DNA of 64,000 nucleotides, taken from IMG/VR virus record IMGVR_UViG_3300042868_008486, positions 108,810 through 172,809 of that record. One strand, 5' to 3'. Below the pieces are notes generated by a model, which was not told the DNA's origin, did no database searches, and worked only from the letters and a program-made list of their open reading frames with translations. The first letter of the stretch is position 1. The number at the start of each line of letters is the position of its first letter. Source of the stretch: a virus. Lineage: Duplodnaviria > Heunggongvirae > Uroviricota > Caudoviricetes. This document shows positions 37,315-47,412 of this stretch, piece after piece. Made by a program: the position numbers and the translations under genes.

Positions 37315-38169
37315 TTCTTCAAATTCCATTACAGATTGTTTCTTTTGGTCAACAAACCCTTGAACTCGATTTCTTGCTATCTCAGCATAATTTGGGGATA
37401 ATTCTATCCCTACCCATCTTCTATCCAAGGTTTCTGCGGCAACTAAACTTGTTCCTGAACCTGCGAAGGGGTCTAATATAACATCGTTTTTATATGATAA
37501 TATTTTAATGGCTTTCGTTGGGATGTCCATTGAGAATGTCGCTTTAGTTAATGACCTTGTGTCCGCAAAATATTTCCACTGACCAAAAACCAATTCCATA
37601 AATTCTTTCTTATCCGTCTCTTCATAGACAACTTTTTTCTTAACGGAACCATCTTCTTGTTCTATCTCAGTTGGAACACCTTTCCATTGTGGTTCACCTT
37701 TAACTATTTTAATATGTTTGTGTTTGTAAGCTAATATTACACATTCCTTTGGATTGTAAATATAAGGACTTGAAGGAGACATCCAACTACCCCAAGCAGT
37801 CGTTTTACTTCGATGAGGTGAATCTTCTTCCAAGTCAACAATACCAAAGAACTTATATCCAATTCTTTTCATAACCTGATAAATCTCAGAACAAAAGAAA
37901 ATTCTACCCCCTTTATCTTGTCTATTTATTTCGTATGGTATGTTGATGGCGATTCTACCATCATCCTTTAATATTTGATAGGCTTGTGTTAACCATTCAG
38001 TTGTAAACTTTAAGTATTCTTCAATGTACATATCATCATCGTGTACGTCATAAGCAATTCCAACTCCATATGGGGGTGATGTAACAATTAGGTCAATTGA
38101 ATTGATTGGCATATCCGCCATTACATCAATACAACTACCATTTATAATTTTTCCAATATAATTTTCCAT
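37303..38169 (-). CDS. DNA methyltransferase, N4/N6 beta-class
   Basis: Motif IV LIVTSPPYGV precedes motif I ILDPFAGSGTS. Confidence 0.75.
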   Translation of the reverse strand: MENYIGKIINGSCIDVMADMPINSIDLIVTSPPYGVGIAYDVHDDDMYIEEYLKFTTEWLTQAYQILKDDGRIAINIPYEINRQDKGGRIFFCSEIYQVMKRIGYKFFGIVDLEEDSPHRSKTTAWGSWMSPSSPYIYNPKECVILAYKHKHIKIVKGEPQWKGVPTEIEQEDGSVKKKVVYEETDKKEFMELVFGQWKYFADTRSLTKATFSMDIPTKAIKILSYKNDVILDPFAGSGTSLVAAETLDRRWVGIELSPNYAEIARNRVQGFVDQKKQSVMEFEEGTK

Positions 38170-38203
38170 ACTTAATAATAGATTTTTTGAGTTGAAATGT
38201 CAA

Positions 38204-39163
38204 CTACCAACAAGTAATAATGACTAATCCGTGACCACCGTCACCACCCGCACCACCGGCTGCGTTTTGTGCGGAACCACCTCCACCACCACCACAACCG
38301 TGACCACCATCACCTCCAAATCCACCAACTCTACCCGCAGTACTTGATGACCCACCACCAGCACCACCTGTGTAAAATAATGGCGTATCAGTATTACCAC
38401 CTGAACCATCAACTTGGTCTCCCATTCCGTGACCACCATCAATAACAGTTGCTGAATTTGCGGTTCCACCACTAAGTGTTGGTATAATACCTGTACCTGT
38501 AATGTTACCACCATTCGCAGTTGCACCACCCGCAGAGTTCCCACCACCACTAGCACCCGCAGAAACAGGTGATATTAATGTAATTGAGTTACCCGTACCA
38601 CCACCACTTGAACCACCAACAACTCCGATTTGGCCAGCAACAGGATTTATTTGACCTAACTGAGGAAATATAAATGAAGTTGAGTAAGTCCATATTGTTC
38701 CCGCAGCCCCTGCAGTACCATTAACTGATGTTGTTCCACCACCACCACCTGTTGGGGCGACATTACCATTTTTCATTAATACCGCAGTAGTTCCCGTTGA
38801 GGGGATTACAGAAACATAAGAATGTTCTCCACTACCACCTATTCCACCATTACCATTAACGATACCACCTGTTCCACCGACACCACCTCTACCTACTTGA
38901 ACGAACAATGTGTCAGGTAATAATGACGCAGGAAAAAGTCCTGCCGCGAATGCTGAAGAACCACCTCCACCACCTCCTGTTCCTGAGTTGTTAGTATTTC
39001 CACGACCTCCACCACCGCCAGCACCACCACCTATACATAAAATATAAACGAAAGATGCGTTATTTGGTTTTGACCAAGTTTGCCAAGCAGTTGCTCCTGA
39101 TGAATTAACCCTAAAAACTTGATTACTATTTTCTTTACCGGGTAAGTTAAATATATCTATCAT
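38204..39163 (-). CDS. glycine-rich repeat protein, paralogue 1 (putative fibre/adhesin)
   Basis: Conserved N-terminus MIDIFN...NQVF...WQTW.KP and conserved C-terminus GG.GGDG.VIIT.W. The middle is a G-rich low-complexity region. Confidence 0.6.
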   Translation of the reverse strand: MIDIFNLPGKENSNQVFRVNSSGATAWQTWSKPNNASFVYILCIGGGAGGGGGRGNTNNSGTGGGGGGSSAFAAGLFPASLLPDTLFVQVGRGGVGGTGGIVNGNGGIGGSGEHSYVSVIPSTGTTAVLMKNGNVAPTGGGGGTTSVNGTAGAAGTIWTYSTSFIFPQLGQINPVAGQIGVVGGSSGGGTGNSITLISPVSAGASGGGNSAGGATANGGNITGTGIIPTLSGGTANSATVIDGGHGMGDQVDGSGGNTDTPLFYTGGAGGGSSSTAGRVGGFGGDGGHGCGGGGGGSAQNAAGGAGGDGGHGLVIITCW

Positions 39164-39169
39164 TATTAT

Positions 39170-40114
39170 TTACCAATATGTTATTATGACTAATCCGTCA
39201 CCACCTCTACCACCATTACCACCTTGGTTAGTTATTCCGGCTCCACCGCCACCTCCACCACTACCATAGGCTCCGTGACCTCCTTGTCCACCAGGTCCAC
39301 CATCTGATGAACCACCACCCGCACCTCCTAAGAAAACTAAAGGTTCTGTGGAGTATCCATTAGTGTTCGGGTTAAATGACATATAACCACCACTACCACT
39401 ACCACCCGGTGTTGTGTTAGTAGCTGAACCACCCGCAGGTCCACCTGTCATTGTGGGGATATTACCACCCGCATTTACATTACCTCCCGCTTGAGCAGTC
39501 CCACCATTCATTCCCGCACCCGCAGCACCCGGTGTTGTTATACCACTAATAGTGATTGAATTTGGTATTGGGGTTGTTTGACCTAAAACACCTGGCAAAC
39601 CATCAAATGCGGGTACTAAACTAAATTCTGAGAATATACCTGTAGTTTCACTCCAAAGAGTTCCCGCAGTTCCCGCAGTTCCACCATTTAATCCTGAAGC
39701 ACCACCACCCGCAGCCGCAGTTCCACTTTGATATAAAACATTTGATGCGGTTTTTCCTGTATCAGAAGCTACCAAAACATATGATAATGTTCCTGCCCCA
39801 CCGTTACTGTTAGTTGTCCCACCAATTCCCGCAGAACCACCACCACCAACTTGGATGTGTAGGATTTCAGGTAAGTAACTAGCGGGTACTAAGGCGTTCA
39901 TTCCTGCGGATGAACCACCACTACCACCACCACGTCTAGCGGTCGCAGTTCCAGCACCTTGACCACCACCACCTCCACCTCCACCACCAATTAAGAAGAA
40001 ATGAACGAATTGACAATTTTGAGGTTTAATCCAACTATAGAATGAATTTATTCCATTGGCATAAAAAACTTGTCTGTTTTGACTACCGTCAACTATATTA
40101 AAAATATCTATCAT
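39170..40114 (-). CDS. glycine-rich repeat protein, paralogue 2
   Basis: Same architecture as paralogue 1. Confidence 0.6.
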   Translation of the reverse strand: MIDIFNIVDGSQNRQVFYANGINSFYSWIKPQNCQFVHFFLIGGGGGGGGGQGAGTATARRGGGSGGSSAGMNALVPASYLPEILHIQVGGGGSAGIGGTTNSNGGAGTLSYVLVASDTGKTASNVLYQSGTAAAGGGASGLNGGTAGTAGTLWSETTGIFSEFSLVPAFDGLPGVLGQTTPIPNSITISGITTPGAAGAGMNGGTAQAGGNVNAGGNIPTMTGGPAGGSATNTTPGGSGSGGYMSFNPNTNGYSTEPLVFLGGAGGGSSDGGPGGQGGHGAYGSGGGGGGAGITNQGGNGGRGGDGLVIITYW

Positions 40115-40117
40115 AAT

Positions 40118-41041
40118 TTAAGTAACTGTTACAATAACGAATCCGTCACCACCACGACCACCGATTCCTGCGGTTGAGTTACCTCCGGCTCCTCCACCAC
40201 CTCCACCACAACCGAATGAACCATCACCACCTTTACCTCCAACACCTAATGTTTGTGAAGCCGCACCACCACCAGCACCACCACTAAAGAACATTGGTGT
40301 TTTAAAGTTTGGTCCGATGAAGTTTTCTCTTGTCGCATAACCATTATTACCCGGATTGGCGGTTGCACTCTGAACTGCGGTGTTAGTACCACCTGAAATC
40401 GTTGGGAAATCTAAAATACCCACAATACTTGCAGATGCCCCTAAAGTTCCAACCGAACTACAACCCGCACCACCCGCACCACCTGTGAACGGAATACCTG
40501 ATGGTGTTACGTTAGTTGCGGGAGTACTTGATGACCCACCTATACCACCGGCTTGACCTGCATACGCCGAAACCAAACCAACTTGACCTAATATGATATC
40601 CGCTTGGACAATTATTGTTCCAGCATTTTGAGTTAATGTTGTTCCCGCACCCAATGTTCCACTTTTCATTAATATATTATAACGTGTTGAAATATCAGGA
40701 ATTGAACAAACATAACTTAAACCTCCAACACCACCAGCACCATTACCTGACGCTCCACCAATACCACCACCACCAACTTGAATATATAACATATCGGGTA
40801 AAGTAAAAGCGGGAACGGTTATGTAAGCATACGCGGCAGAACCACCTCCGTTACCGCCACTTCGTGTTGATGCCGCACCTGTCGCCCCACCACGTCCACC
40901 CGCACCACCTCCTACTAAGAAGAAGTTAACGAATTTACAATTAGGTGGTTTAATCCAAGTTTGCCAAGCATCAGTTCCTGCAAAATAAAAAACTTGGTTT
41001 TTTAAACTATTATCATTTATATGATTATAATCTATACCCAT
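40118..41041 (-). CDS. glycine-rich repeat protein, paralogue 3
   Basis: Same architecture, ends GGRGGDGFVIVTVT. Confidence 0.6.
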   Translation of the reverse strand: MGIDYNHINDNSLKNQVFYFAGTDAWQTWIKPPNCKFVNFFLVGGGAGGRGGATGAASTRSGGNGGGSAAYAYITVPAFTLPDMLYIQVGGGGIGGASGNGAGGVGGLSYVCSIPDISTRYNILMKSGTLGAGTTLTQNAGTIIVQADIILGQVGLVSAYAGQAGGIGGSSSTPATNVTPSGIPFTGGAGGAGCSSVGTLGASASIVGILDFPTISGGTNTAVQSATANPGNNGYATRENFIGPNFKTPMFFSGGAGGGAASQTLGVGGKGGDGSFGCGGGGGGAGGNSTAGIGGRGGDGFVIVTVT

Positions 41042-41043
41042 AA

Positions 41044-41241
41044 TTAATTAGCCCAAACGGGTCTTTCAGGTGTGGAGTTTATTACTCTATAACCATAACT
41101 CCCTTCAAGAGTTAAAGTATTACCGTCTAAGTCAGTAAATCTAATAACTGAACCATTACTAATTTCTTGGTACAATTGACCTTCATACCCATATTCAAAT
41201 TCACATAAAATATATTCCATAACCTTAATATTTACCACCAA
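41044..41241 (-). CDS. hypothetical protein
   Basis: 65-aa ORF. Confidence 0.4.
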   Translation of the reverse strand: MVVNIKVMEYILCEFEYGYEGQLYQEISNGSVIRFTDLDGNTLTLEGSYGYRVINSTPERPVWAN

Positions 41242-41650
41242 TTACTGTCACATCATATCCCGCAGCAACCGCAGTTCCTACTGTAACAAAAAGTTTATAA
41301 CCCGGAGGTAATGCAAAATTTAATGGTAATTCATATGTAGGTAAAGCCGCAGTTTCTGAAAGTGTTACTGCAGGTAATGATATTTCATCCCACAATGTAT
41401 TATTTTCTGTTGTTCCTGTAACATCCCCATTATTAATGAATACTCTTGCAACTGTCGCCACATTAGTCCCTAACGCTCTGAACCTCATCCTTTGAACATA
41501 ACCACCATTTGTCGTTGATGCGTGAAATGCCATATAAGCGGTTCCTGATGTTAAATCTTTAGTTGTGTTAGCCGTCAATACAGAACCTACCCATTGTGTG
41601 TCAGCGGATGCCGTATAAATTGGTTGTGTATTTAATGATGTATTTGCCAT
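41225..41650 (-). CDS. hypothetical protein (possible structural)
   Basis: 141 aa, Thr/Ala/Val-rich. Confidence 0.45.
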   Translation of the reverse strand: MANTSLNTQPIYTASADTQWVGSVLTANTTKDLTSGTAYMAFHASTTNGGYVQRMRFRALGTNVATVARVFINNGDVTGTTENNTLWDEISLPAVTLSETAALPTYELPLNFALPPGYKLFVTVGTAVAAGYDVTVIGGKY

Positions 41651-41674
41651 TTTATATTATTTTTTTATTTATTT

Positions 41675-42508
41675 TTATGTTAAAAAGTTTCCTGTCATAA
41701 TTGCATTAGCCAATCCGTAATTAAATAAACTTGGTGATTGTGACGGTGTGTTAACCCATACGGGTGACCCATTATATGTTGAACGGACTAAAACATCCCC
41801 CTCCGTAGGATTAGTAATTCTAACGTCGTGTAGTTCGTCTAATTCCCAACCATTTGAAATATTAATAAATATGGAACCCACTGTTGCAGATTGTCTAATA
41901 ACATAACCAATTAATACTGTGTGATAGGGTGCTTGTGGTTTTGTTGATGTATAACCACCAGCAACTGTTGGTGATAACCATAATGCAGTTCCACCACTAA
42001 AACCATTAGTATTTAAATTACTTATAATACCAAATGTTGTTACATAACCTTCCCCGGCTGATGTAATGTCTGAGGTAACCATACCTAATGTAGTTACTGA
42101 ATAACCATCACCTGTCGCTATCGCTCTTTTAACTGAGGGTCTATTACCTTGAGAACCAAAAACATAAACTATTTCACCCTTAACTAAAGTAGTAGCCTCC
42201 TCATTATAAACTCTAACAAGTTCTTCTTGACCTACTTGTAAGTCAATTAATGTCCCACCTGGAACACCAACACCAACATTCAATGTACCTGTGCCAGCAT
42301 CCCAAGTTAAACTACCTATTTGGGATGTTGTAGTTGCGGTAACATCAAACTCAATCTGATTGACATTCGTTAATATATCGTCTCGTGTAATTTGTTTCGA
42401 ACTACCGGTGGGGTCATCCGTTGTATCACTAACGTCAACAACATAGAATAAATCTTCACCCGTCACTGCGGATAATACCGGTAATTGAGGTACTTTTTGA
42501 TTAGCCAT
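41675..42508 (-). CDS. putative tail fibre/structural protein
   Basis: 277 aa, Thr/Gly/Val-rich beta-type composition. Sits next to the glycine-rich paralogues. Confidence 0.35.
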   Translation of the reverse strand: MANQKVPQLPVLSAVTGEDLFYVVDVSDTTDDPTGSSKQITRDDILTNVNQIEFDVTATTTSQIGSLTWDAGTGTLNVGVGVPGGTLIDLQVGQEELVRVYNEEATTLVKGEIVYVFGSQGNRPSVKRAIATGDGYSVTTLGMVTSDITSAGEGYVTTFGIISNLNTNGFSGGTALWLSPTVAGGYTSTKPQAPYHTVLIGYVIRQSATVGSIFINISNGWELDELHDVRITNPTEGDVLVRSTYNGSPVWVNTPSQSPSLFNYGLANAIMTGNFLT

Positions 42509-42573
42509 TTAAAAATAGTCTATAAACTTTTATTTAAATATAAATATAGGTTCAGACTATTTTATTTTGTAGA

Positions 42574-42804
42574 CTATGTAGTTTGTTTTTTTTCTAAATT
42601 GTCGATATGATGTTGAAGATACCATAACGCTTTCTTCAAATCTTGTAACTCAGCGTCACTATCTTTTTTTCCCGCTCTTGAGATATACTTAACCGTATTA
42701 CCCAATGAAAATCCTAATTCCCAAGCATCAATAACTTTGATTGCTTCATACGGGTTACTTTTTCCCCCATAATGAACGGGATTATTAACCATTTCTTTTT
42801 CCAT
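42574..42804 (-). CDS. hypothetical protein
   Basis: 76-aa ORF. Confidence 0.4.
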   Translation of the reverse strand: MEKEMVNNPVHYGGKSNPYEAIKVIDAWELGFSLGNTVKYISRAGKKDSDAELQDLKKALWYLQHHIDNLEKKQTT

Positions 42805-42810
42805 AAATTA

Positions 42811-43029
42811 TCACTTTACCCTATAATAATCTTTTGAAGTTTCACTTTCAACTATAAACCCGTCAGAAATCAAATTATTTATGATTATTCGAGTTTCTTC
42901 CAAATCTTTTTTCAGGATATGTTCTGAAATATAATTAATATGGATTGGTAATCTTAATTTTGCTTCAAGTAGTTTTAAAGTTTTTTCCATAATATTAGGT
43001 TTAGTTAACAAATTCGGTTTTGGTGTCAA
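42811..43029 (-). CDS. hypothetical protein
   Basis: 72-aa ORF. Confidence 0.4.
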   Translation of the reverse strand: MTPKPNLLTKPNIMEKTLKLLEAKLRLPIHINYISEHILKKDLEETRIIINNLISDGFIVESETSKDYYRVK

Positions 43030-43768
43030 TTATATCTTTTTGATTAATATACGACAAAATCTTTCTTTTAAAGATAGGTAACAATGTTTCTTCCAATGGG
43101 AATTCATTACTACAGGTTACTTCAAAGATAGGCGATTCTGACTCATTATTCTTTTCATATGTTTTAGAAAATTTAGGGATAACGTCGTAGATGGTCAAAT
43201 CTTTTAAGTCATTTTTAAAAATTAATGTTAGTTCGGTTCTTTCTTGATTTTTTACCTTATAAACCTTTTTGGTAACATATCTCCATACATAAGTAATACT
43301 CCCATCATTATAATAAAAGAACCCAATTTTGTTATGTAAGTTGGATTTATTCAATTTTGGTTTAACTTTAATTGAATCAAATACTACAGACCATAATGAT
43401 TTCGCAAAATTAAAATAGTCGTGGATTTGTGGTTGACAATATTCAACAATTTTTTTGTATTCAGTCAATTCTTCATCAGTCAATACCGGTATGTCTTTGA
43501 GTTTTAAATCCGATAACAATAATTCATCATCAGGTGTTTTAAAAGTCTTCTCGGTATATAATATCTTATTCTGTGTCGATAATGTTTGCATATTACCCAA
43601 ATGTAATGACAATTCAATAAACATTGGGTAAACTTTTAGTTCCTCAAAATATTTGTTTAATTTTTGAAAGTAGTCTAGTAATACGTATTGTTTTTGTTCA
43701 GCATCTATGATTCCTTGGAATAACCAATCGGTTTCCATTATAAAGTTGTATTTTTTGCTTTTAGCCAT
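43001..43768 (-). CDS. hypothetical protein
   Basis: 255-aa ORF. Confidence 0.5.
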   Translation of the reverse strand: MAKSKKYNFIMETDWLFQGIIDAEQKQYVLLDYFQKLNKYFEELKVYPMFIELSLHLGNMQTLSTQNKILYTEKTFKTPDDELLLSDLKLKDIPVLTDEELTEYKKIVEYCQPQIHDYFNFAKSLWSVVFDSIKVKPKLNKSNLHNKIGFFYYNDGSITYVWRYVTKKVYKVKNQERTELTLIFKNDLKDLTIYDVIPKFSKTYEKNNESESPIFEVTCSNEFPLEETLLPIFKRKILSYINQKDIIDTKTEFVN

Positions 43769-43811
43769 TTGTTAATCTTTTAACTGAAATATAATTGAAA
43801 ACTATTAAACA

Positions 43812-45293
43812 TCAATTAGTTCTCATAACAACATAGTAAGTACCGTCGACATTAATCTCATCATAACTACCATCATAACTATTCAAATCACCATAATCAC
43901 CATTACTTATTAATTCTTCTTTAAGTGATTTTTCATCAACATATCTAAATATGGTTTTACTATCATAACCCATATCTTGCAAAAACCCTAAAGGGTCTCG
44001 TCTAATTTCAGCTAATTTATCTTCAACCTCAGACTCAATCATATCTTCACTAACTTCAGGTTCAATCTCATCAATTTTTTCTTGAGTTTCGTCTTTCTTT
44101 TCTTCAGCTCTTTCAATTAAATTTTGAATCTCATCATAAGCCGGTGAATACTCGTCACTATCAATAGGAATCTCATCCTCTAATGATGATTGTTTTTCTT
44201 CCAACTCAGATATGTACACATCTAACTCATCAATATACGCTTGTAAAGTCGCGATTTCACGTTCTTGGTCATCGGTATAATCTAAGTTATTTAAATCAAA
44301 ATATGCTTGAGGTTCACTACTAATATCATCATAATAATAATCTTTAAAATCATCAGCAACATCATCACCATCAATATGACGTTCAAGTGTGTCCTTACTA
44401 AAATTTTCATACCCTACATCATCAATGTAATTATCCCAATAATCATCTAACGCTTTATCAGCTTCATCAGTTGTCATAACAGAATATTCGTTAGGATTAC
44501 GGAAACCACCTAAATCACGAACAATAAATGAGTTATATCCATAATCAACAATATCATAAACGTCATAATATTCGGATTCAATTTCTTCAATTCTAGATTC
44601 TACCTCATCAATTTCATCTTGTAATGAATCAACAGTTTCGTCATCATCAGTTTCATTGTATCGGTCTTGTAATAGTTCTAATCGTCGTTTTAACTCATCG
44701 TATTCTTCTTTGACCTCATCGGTCTTAATCATTACAGAACTATCGTTATTTGAAAGATATTCTAATAATGCCCATCGTTTTGCCGCCTCTTCACTACTAT
44801 TAAGGTCATCAAATGTCCCTTCTTCTCTATCGGCTTGCATTTCGGCAAATTTTGCGTTATATTCCTGACGTATTTTTTTATTTTCTAACTCAGAATCGTA
44901 TGCTGATATTGACCCAAATTCAACACCATCTACTGATGATACCCTTGAATATGATATGTCCAACTTACCCTCAACATATTTTAATTTACCCAAATCTTTA
45001 AGATTTTTACAACTCGCCAATTTTAAATCACCCGAAACACCGGCAAGATTACCTAAAGTTGTGATAGGTTTTGATGACAAATCCAAATCACCATCAATCC
45101 ACACAAGTTTCCCTTGGAATCGTTTTAATTTAGTTACTATATCCATTCGGTTAACACCGGCAGTTAACATCGTTAAAAATTGGCCAGGTTCCATATGGTA
45201 ATATTCACCTTCAACTTGTTCAACAATCGCACGAACAAACCCTTTCAAACCACTTTCAGTTAATCTAATTTTTTTCATATCAATAAATATCAA
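43812..45293 (-). CDS. hypothetical acidic coiled-coil protein (493 aa)
   Basis: N-terminal LRR-like block, D/E-rich C-terminal half. Confidence 0.55.
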   Translation of the reverse strand: MIFIDMKKIRLTESGLKGFVRAIVEQVEGEYYHMEPGQFLTMLTAGVNRMDIVTKLKRFQGKLVWIDGDLDLSSKPITTLGNLAGVSGDLKLASCKNLKDLGKLKYVEGKLDISYSRVSSVDGVEFGSISAYDSELENKKIRQEYNAKFAEMQADREEGTFDDLNSSEEAAKRWALLEYLSNNDSSVMIKTDEVKEEYDELKRRLELLQDRYNETDDDETVDSLQDEIDEVESRIEEIESEYYDVYDIVDYGYNSFIVRDLGGFRNPNEYSVMTTDEADKALDDYWDNYIDDVGYENFSKDTLERHIDGDDVADDFKDYYYDDISSEPQAYFDLNNLDYTDDQEREIATLQAYIDELDVYISELEEKQSSLEDEIPIDSDEYSPAYDEIQNLIERAEEKKDETQEKIDEIEPEVSEDMIESEVEDKLAEIRRDPLGFLQDMGYDSKTIFRYVDEKSLKEELISNGDYGDLNSYDGSYDEINVDGTYYVVMRTN

Positions 45294-45381
45294 TTATTAC
45301 AATAAATAGTCCATTAAACTTTACAATTAAACCTTTTCGTTGATATTTATCTATGTATAAACTTTAATAAAAAACATTAAT

Positions 45382-45537
45382 ATGGGATGTGGATGTAAAA
45401 ACAAAGGAAACCAAGCACAACAACCTACAACTCAACAAGGTCAACAACCTTCACAACCTGAAGGTCAAAAAACCAATAATCAATCTATTCAAGAGTCGAT
45501 TAAAAAAGTAGTTGAGAAGTATTACACAAAAAGGTAA
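45382..45537 (+). CDS. small Q/P-rich protein (MGCGCKNKGNQAQQPTTQQGQQPSQPEGQK...)
   Basis: 51-codon plus-strand ORF followed by the terminator at 45559-45586. Not in the track. Confidence 0.35.
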   Translation: MGCGCKNKGNQAQQPTTQQGQQPSQPEGQKTNNQSIQESIKKVVEKYYTKR

Positions 45538-45558
45538 TGGGCTAAAACTTATTGTATA

Positions 45559-45586
45559 AAGGGGGTTGTTAACTCCCTTTTTTTGT
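45559..45586 (+). terminator. rho-independent terminator
   Basis: GGGGG-TTGTTAA-CTCCC followed by TTTTTTT. Confidence 0.55.
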
Positions 45587-45640
45587 TTAAACTATTTAAA
45601 GTGTTACTAAATTTCGATATTAATTATAAAAACAATTAAT

Positions 45641-46447
45641 ATGAAATACATAAATCCAAATTTAAATCGAGGTGTTGTCAACCTATTAGCCGACTATATT
45701 TTAAAAGAGATTAACAAAAAAGGTGATTACGATTCTGTCATTGAAGTTACCGATTGTGGTAAATTTGTTTTAGTTAATGGGATGACATCATTAGAAACCT
45801 TATTAGAACTAAACACCATTAAAACATCATTCATCAGTGAATACAAAGAAACCCTTGAAGACTTAGGGTATGGGGAATTTAACCTTATTGATTTACTTGT
45901 CTACGATGTTGACCTAAATAAGAAAGACACATTTTGGTTTGACTTCTATAACACATCAAGACCAACCTACACTAACTTTATTATTCAACACGCAGGTTTA
46001 GATAATTCTCTTTCAATCACAAATGATTTACTATATGAGGTAAATTTCTCCAATGACGATATTGACGAATTAACCAATTTCGTTTACCCCCCATTAAGTA
46101 TTAGTTCAGAATTTCCACACGGTTATAGTTTGAATATGGGTCGTTCACATTATTACTATTCCGAGTATATCGCTCACAACATAATGAACCCAATTGTATC
46201 ACAAAAACTTTCTTTTAAAATTTCCACGAGACTTGACGAGGATGAAGATTTTATGATAGACATTAAATCCAATTCAATGTATAACGACGGTTTCGTTAAA
46301 TCAATGGTTTTAGACGTATTTGACTTCGATTTAACGACTTTTAATGAGAGGTTGGAGGGTTATGACTTTTTAGATGATATTCTTCTCCCATTCGATAATA
46401 AACCTTGGTTAGTTAAAGACCGAACCAATGATTGTGTTATATTTTAA
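45641..46447 (+). CDS. hypothetical protein
   Basis: 268-aa ORF. Confidence 0.5.
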   Translation: MKYINPNLNRGVVNLLADYILKEINKKGDYDSVIEVTDCGKFVLVNGMTSLETLLELNTIKTSFISEYKETLEDLGYGEFNLIDLLVYDVDLNKKDTFWFDFYNTSRPTYTNFIIQHAGLDNSLSITNDLLYEVNFSNDDIDELTNFVYPPLSISSEFPHGYSLNMGRSHYYYSEYIAHNIMNPIVSQKLSFKISTRLDEDEDFMIDIKSNSMYNDGFVKSMVLDVFDFDLTTFNERLEGYDFLDDILLPFDNKPWLVKDRTNDCVIF

Positions 46448-46449
46448 CC

Positions 46450-46485
46450 AAAAAACCCCATTCGTTAAAAATGGGGTTTTTTTTA
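46450..46485. terminator. bidirectional terminator
   Basis: AACCCCA-TTCGTTAAAAA-TGGGGTT with a T-run. Between convergent genes. Confidence 0.6.
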
Positions 46486-46767
46486 TACCAATAAATGTTT
46501 TTTAATTATATCAATACCTTCCGATATCTCATTGAAATCTCTTTCAGGTGCGAAGAGTAATGATTTGGGTTCTTCACCAGGTGATTCGACAATCATAAAT
46601 GCCGGAACATAATCATTTTCAGTAATCTCAACAAACATATCATATTCATCTTTATGTTCGTCAATATCTCTTTCATAGAATTCGATATTTGATTCTTTAA
46701 GTTGTTCTTTCATCATTTCACAGAATGGACAACCGTTCATCGTATAAACAATCACTAATTTATCCAT
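46483..46767 (-). CDS. glutaredoxin-like protein (NrdH/Grx)
   Basis: CPFC active site. 94 aa. Confidence 0.7.
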   Translation of the reverse strand: MDKLVIVYTMNGCPFCEMMKEQLKESNIEFYERDIDEHKDEYDMFVEITENDYVPAFMIVESPGEEPKSLLFAPERDFNEISEGIDIIKKHLLV

Positions 46768-47083
46768 TGATTAATATATTTTCTAAGTTTCTCAATTGAG
46801 TTTCTTGTAACAACCCTGTTTGTGTTGTGATTTCACGACCTTCTGAGAATGATTTAACAGTTGGAATACTTCTAATTCCTAATGATGCTGCAAATTCCTT
46901 ATCAGATTCAACATTAAATGTGTAATAAGAAACTAACGAGTTATTACTAATCGCATCCGCTCCAACTCTTTCAAAGATAGGTTTCATCATCTTACACGGA
47001 CCACACCATTCTGCAAAGAAATCAACAACAAGTTTATCACCTTTTTTAATCTTCTCTTGTAATTCAATACTATTTATTTCCAT
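46760..47083 (-). CDS. trx: thioredoxin
   Basis: WCGPCK active site. 107 aa. Confidence 0.8.
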   Translation of the reverse strand: MEINSIELQEKIKKGDKLVVDFFAEWCGPCKMMKPIFERVGADAISNNSLVSYYTFNVESDKEFAASLGIRSIPTVKSFSEGREITTQTGLLQETQLRNLENILING

Positions 47084-47402
47084 TTTTCTTTTGTTTTATT
47101 ATTTGGTTTATTGTAAAATCTGCAATATGTTTTTTATCTGCCTGATACATAAAGTACACAACATTCTCATAAATCGAACCCTGAAGTTCAGTGTCCAAGT
47201 AAATATAAATACCTGACTCGTGAAAAGAATGTAATGACGCTAACACATTATCCTCATTATCTCTAATCGAATGACTACACCAAAGTAATTCACTTCGGTT
47301 TACTAATTTTTTAAACATATTAGAATCCATTAATACTTTGGTATATGATGGATATGATTCATATTTAGCTTTAAATAATTCTATACAATGTTTTGGTATC
47401 AT
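47070..47402 (-). CDS. hypothetical protein
   Basis: 110-aa ORF. Confidence 0.45.
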   Translation of the reverse strand: MIPKHCIELFKAKYESYPSYTKVLMDSNMFKKLVNRSELLWCSHSIRDNEDNVLASLHSFHESGIYIYLDTELQGSIYENVVYFMYQADKKHIADFTINQIIKQKKNGNK

Positions 47403-47412
47403 AGTTTAATCT

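Noticed and set aside
38224-38556. 110-aa ORF (V/Q/H-rich) in an alternative frame of glycine-rich paralogue 1
   Set aside because: Frame artefact of the GGN/CCN-repetitive DNA. The same strand already carries the 319-aa paralogue.
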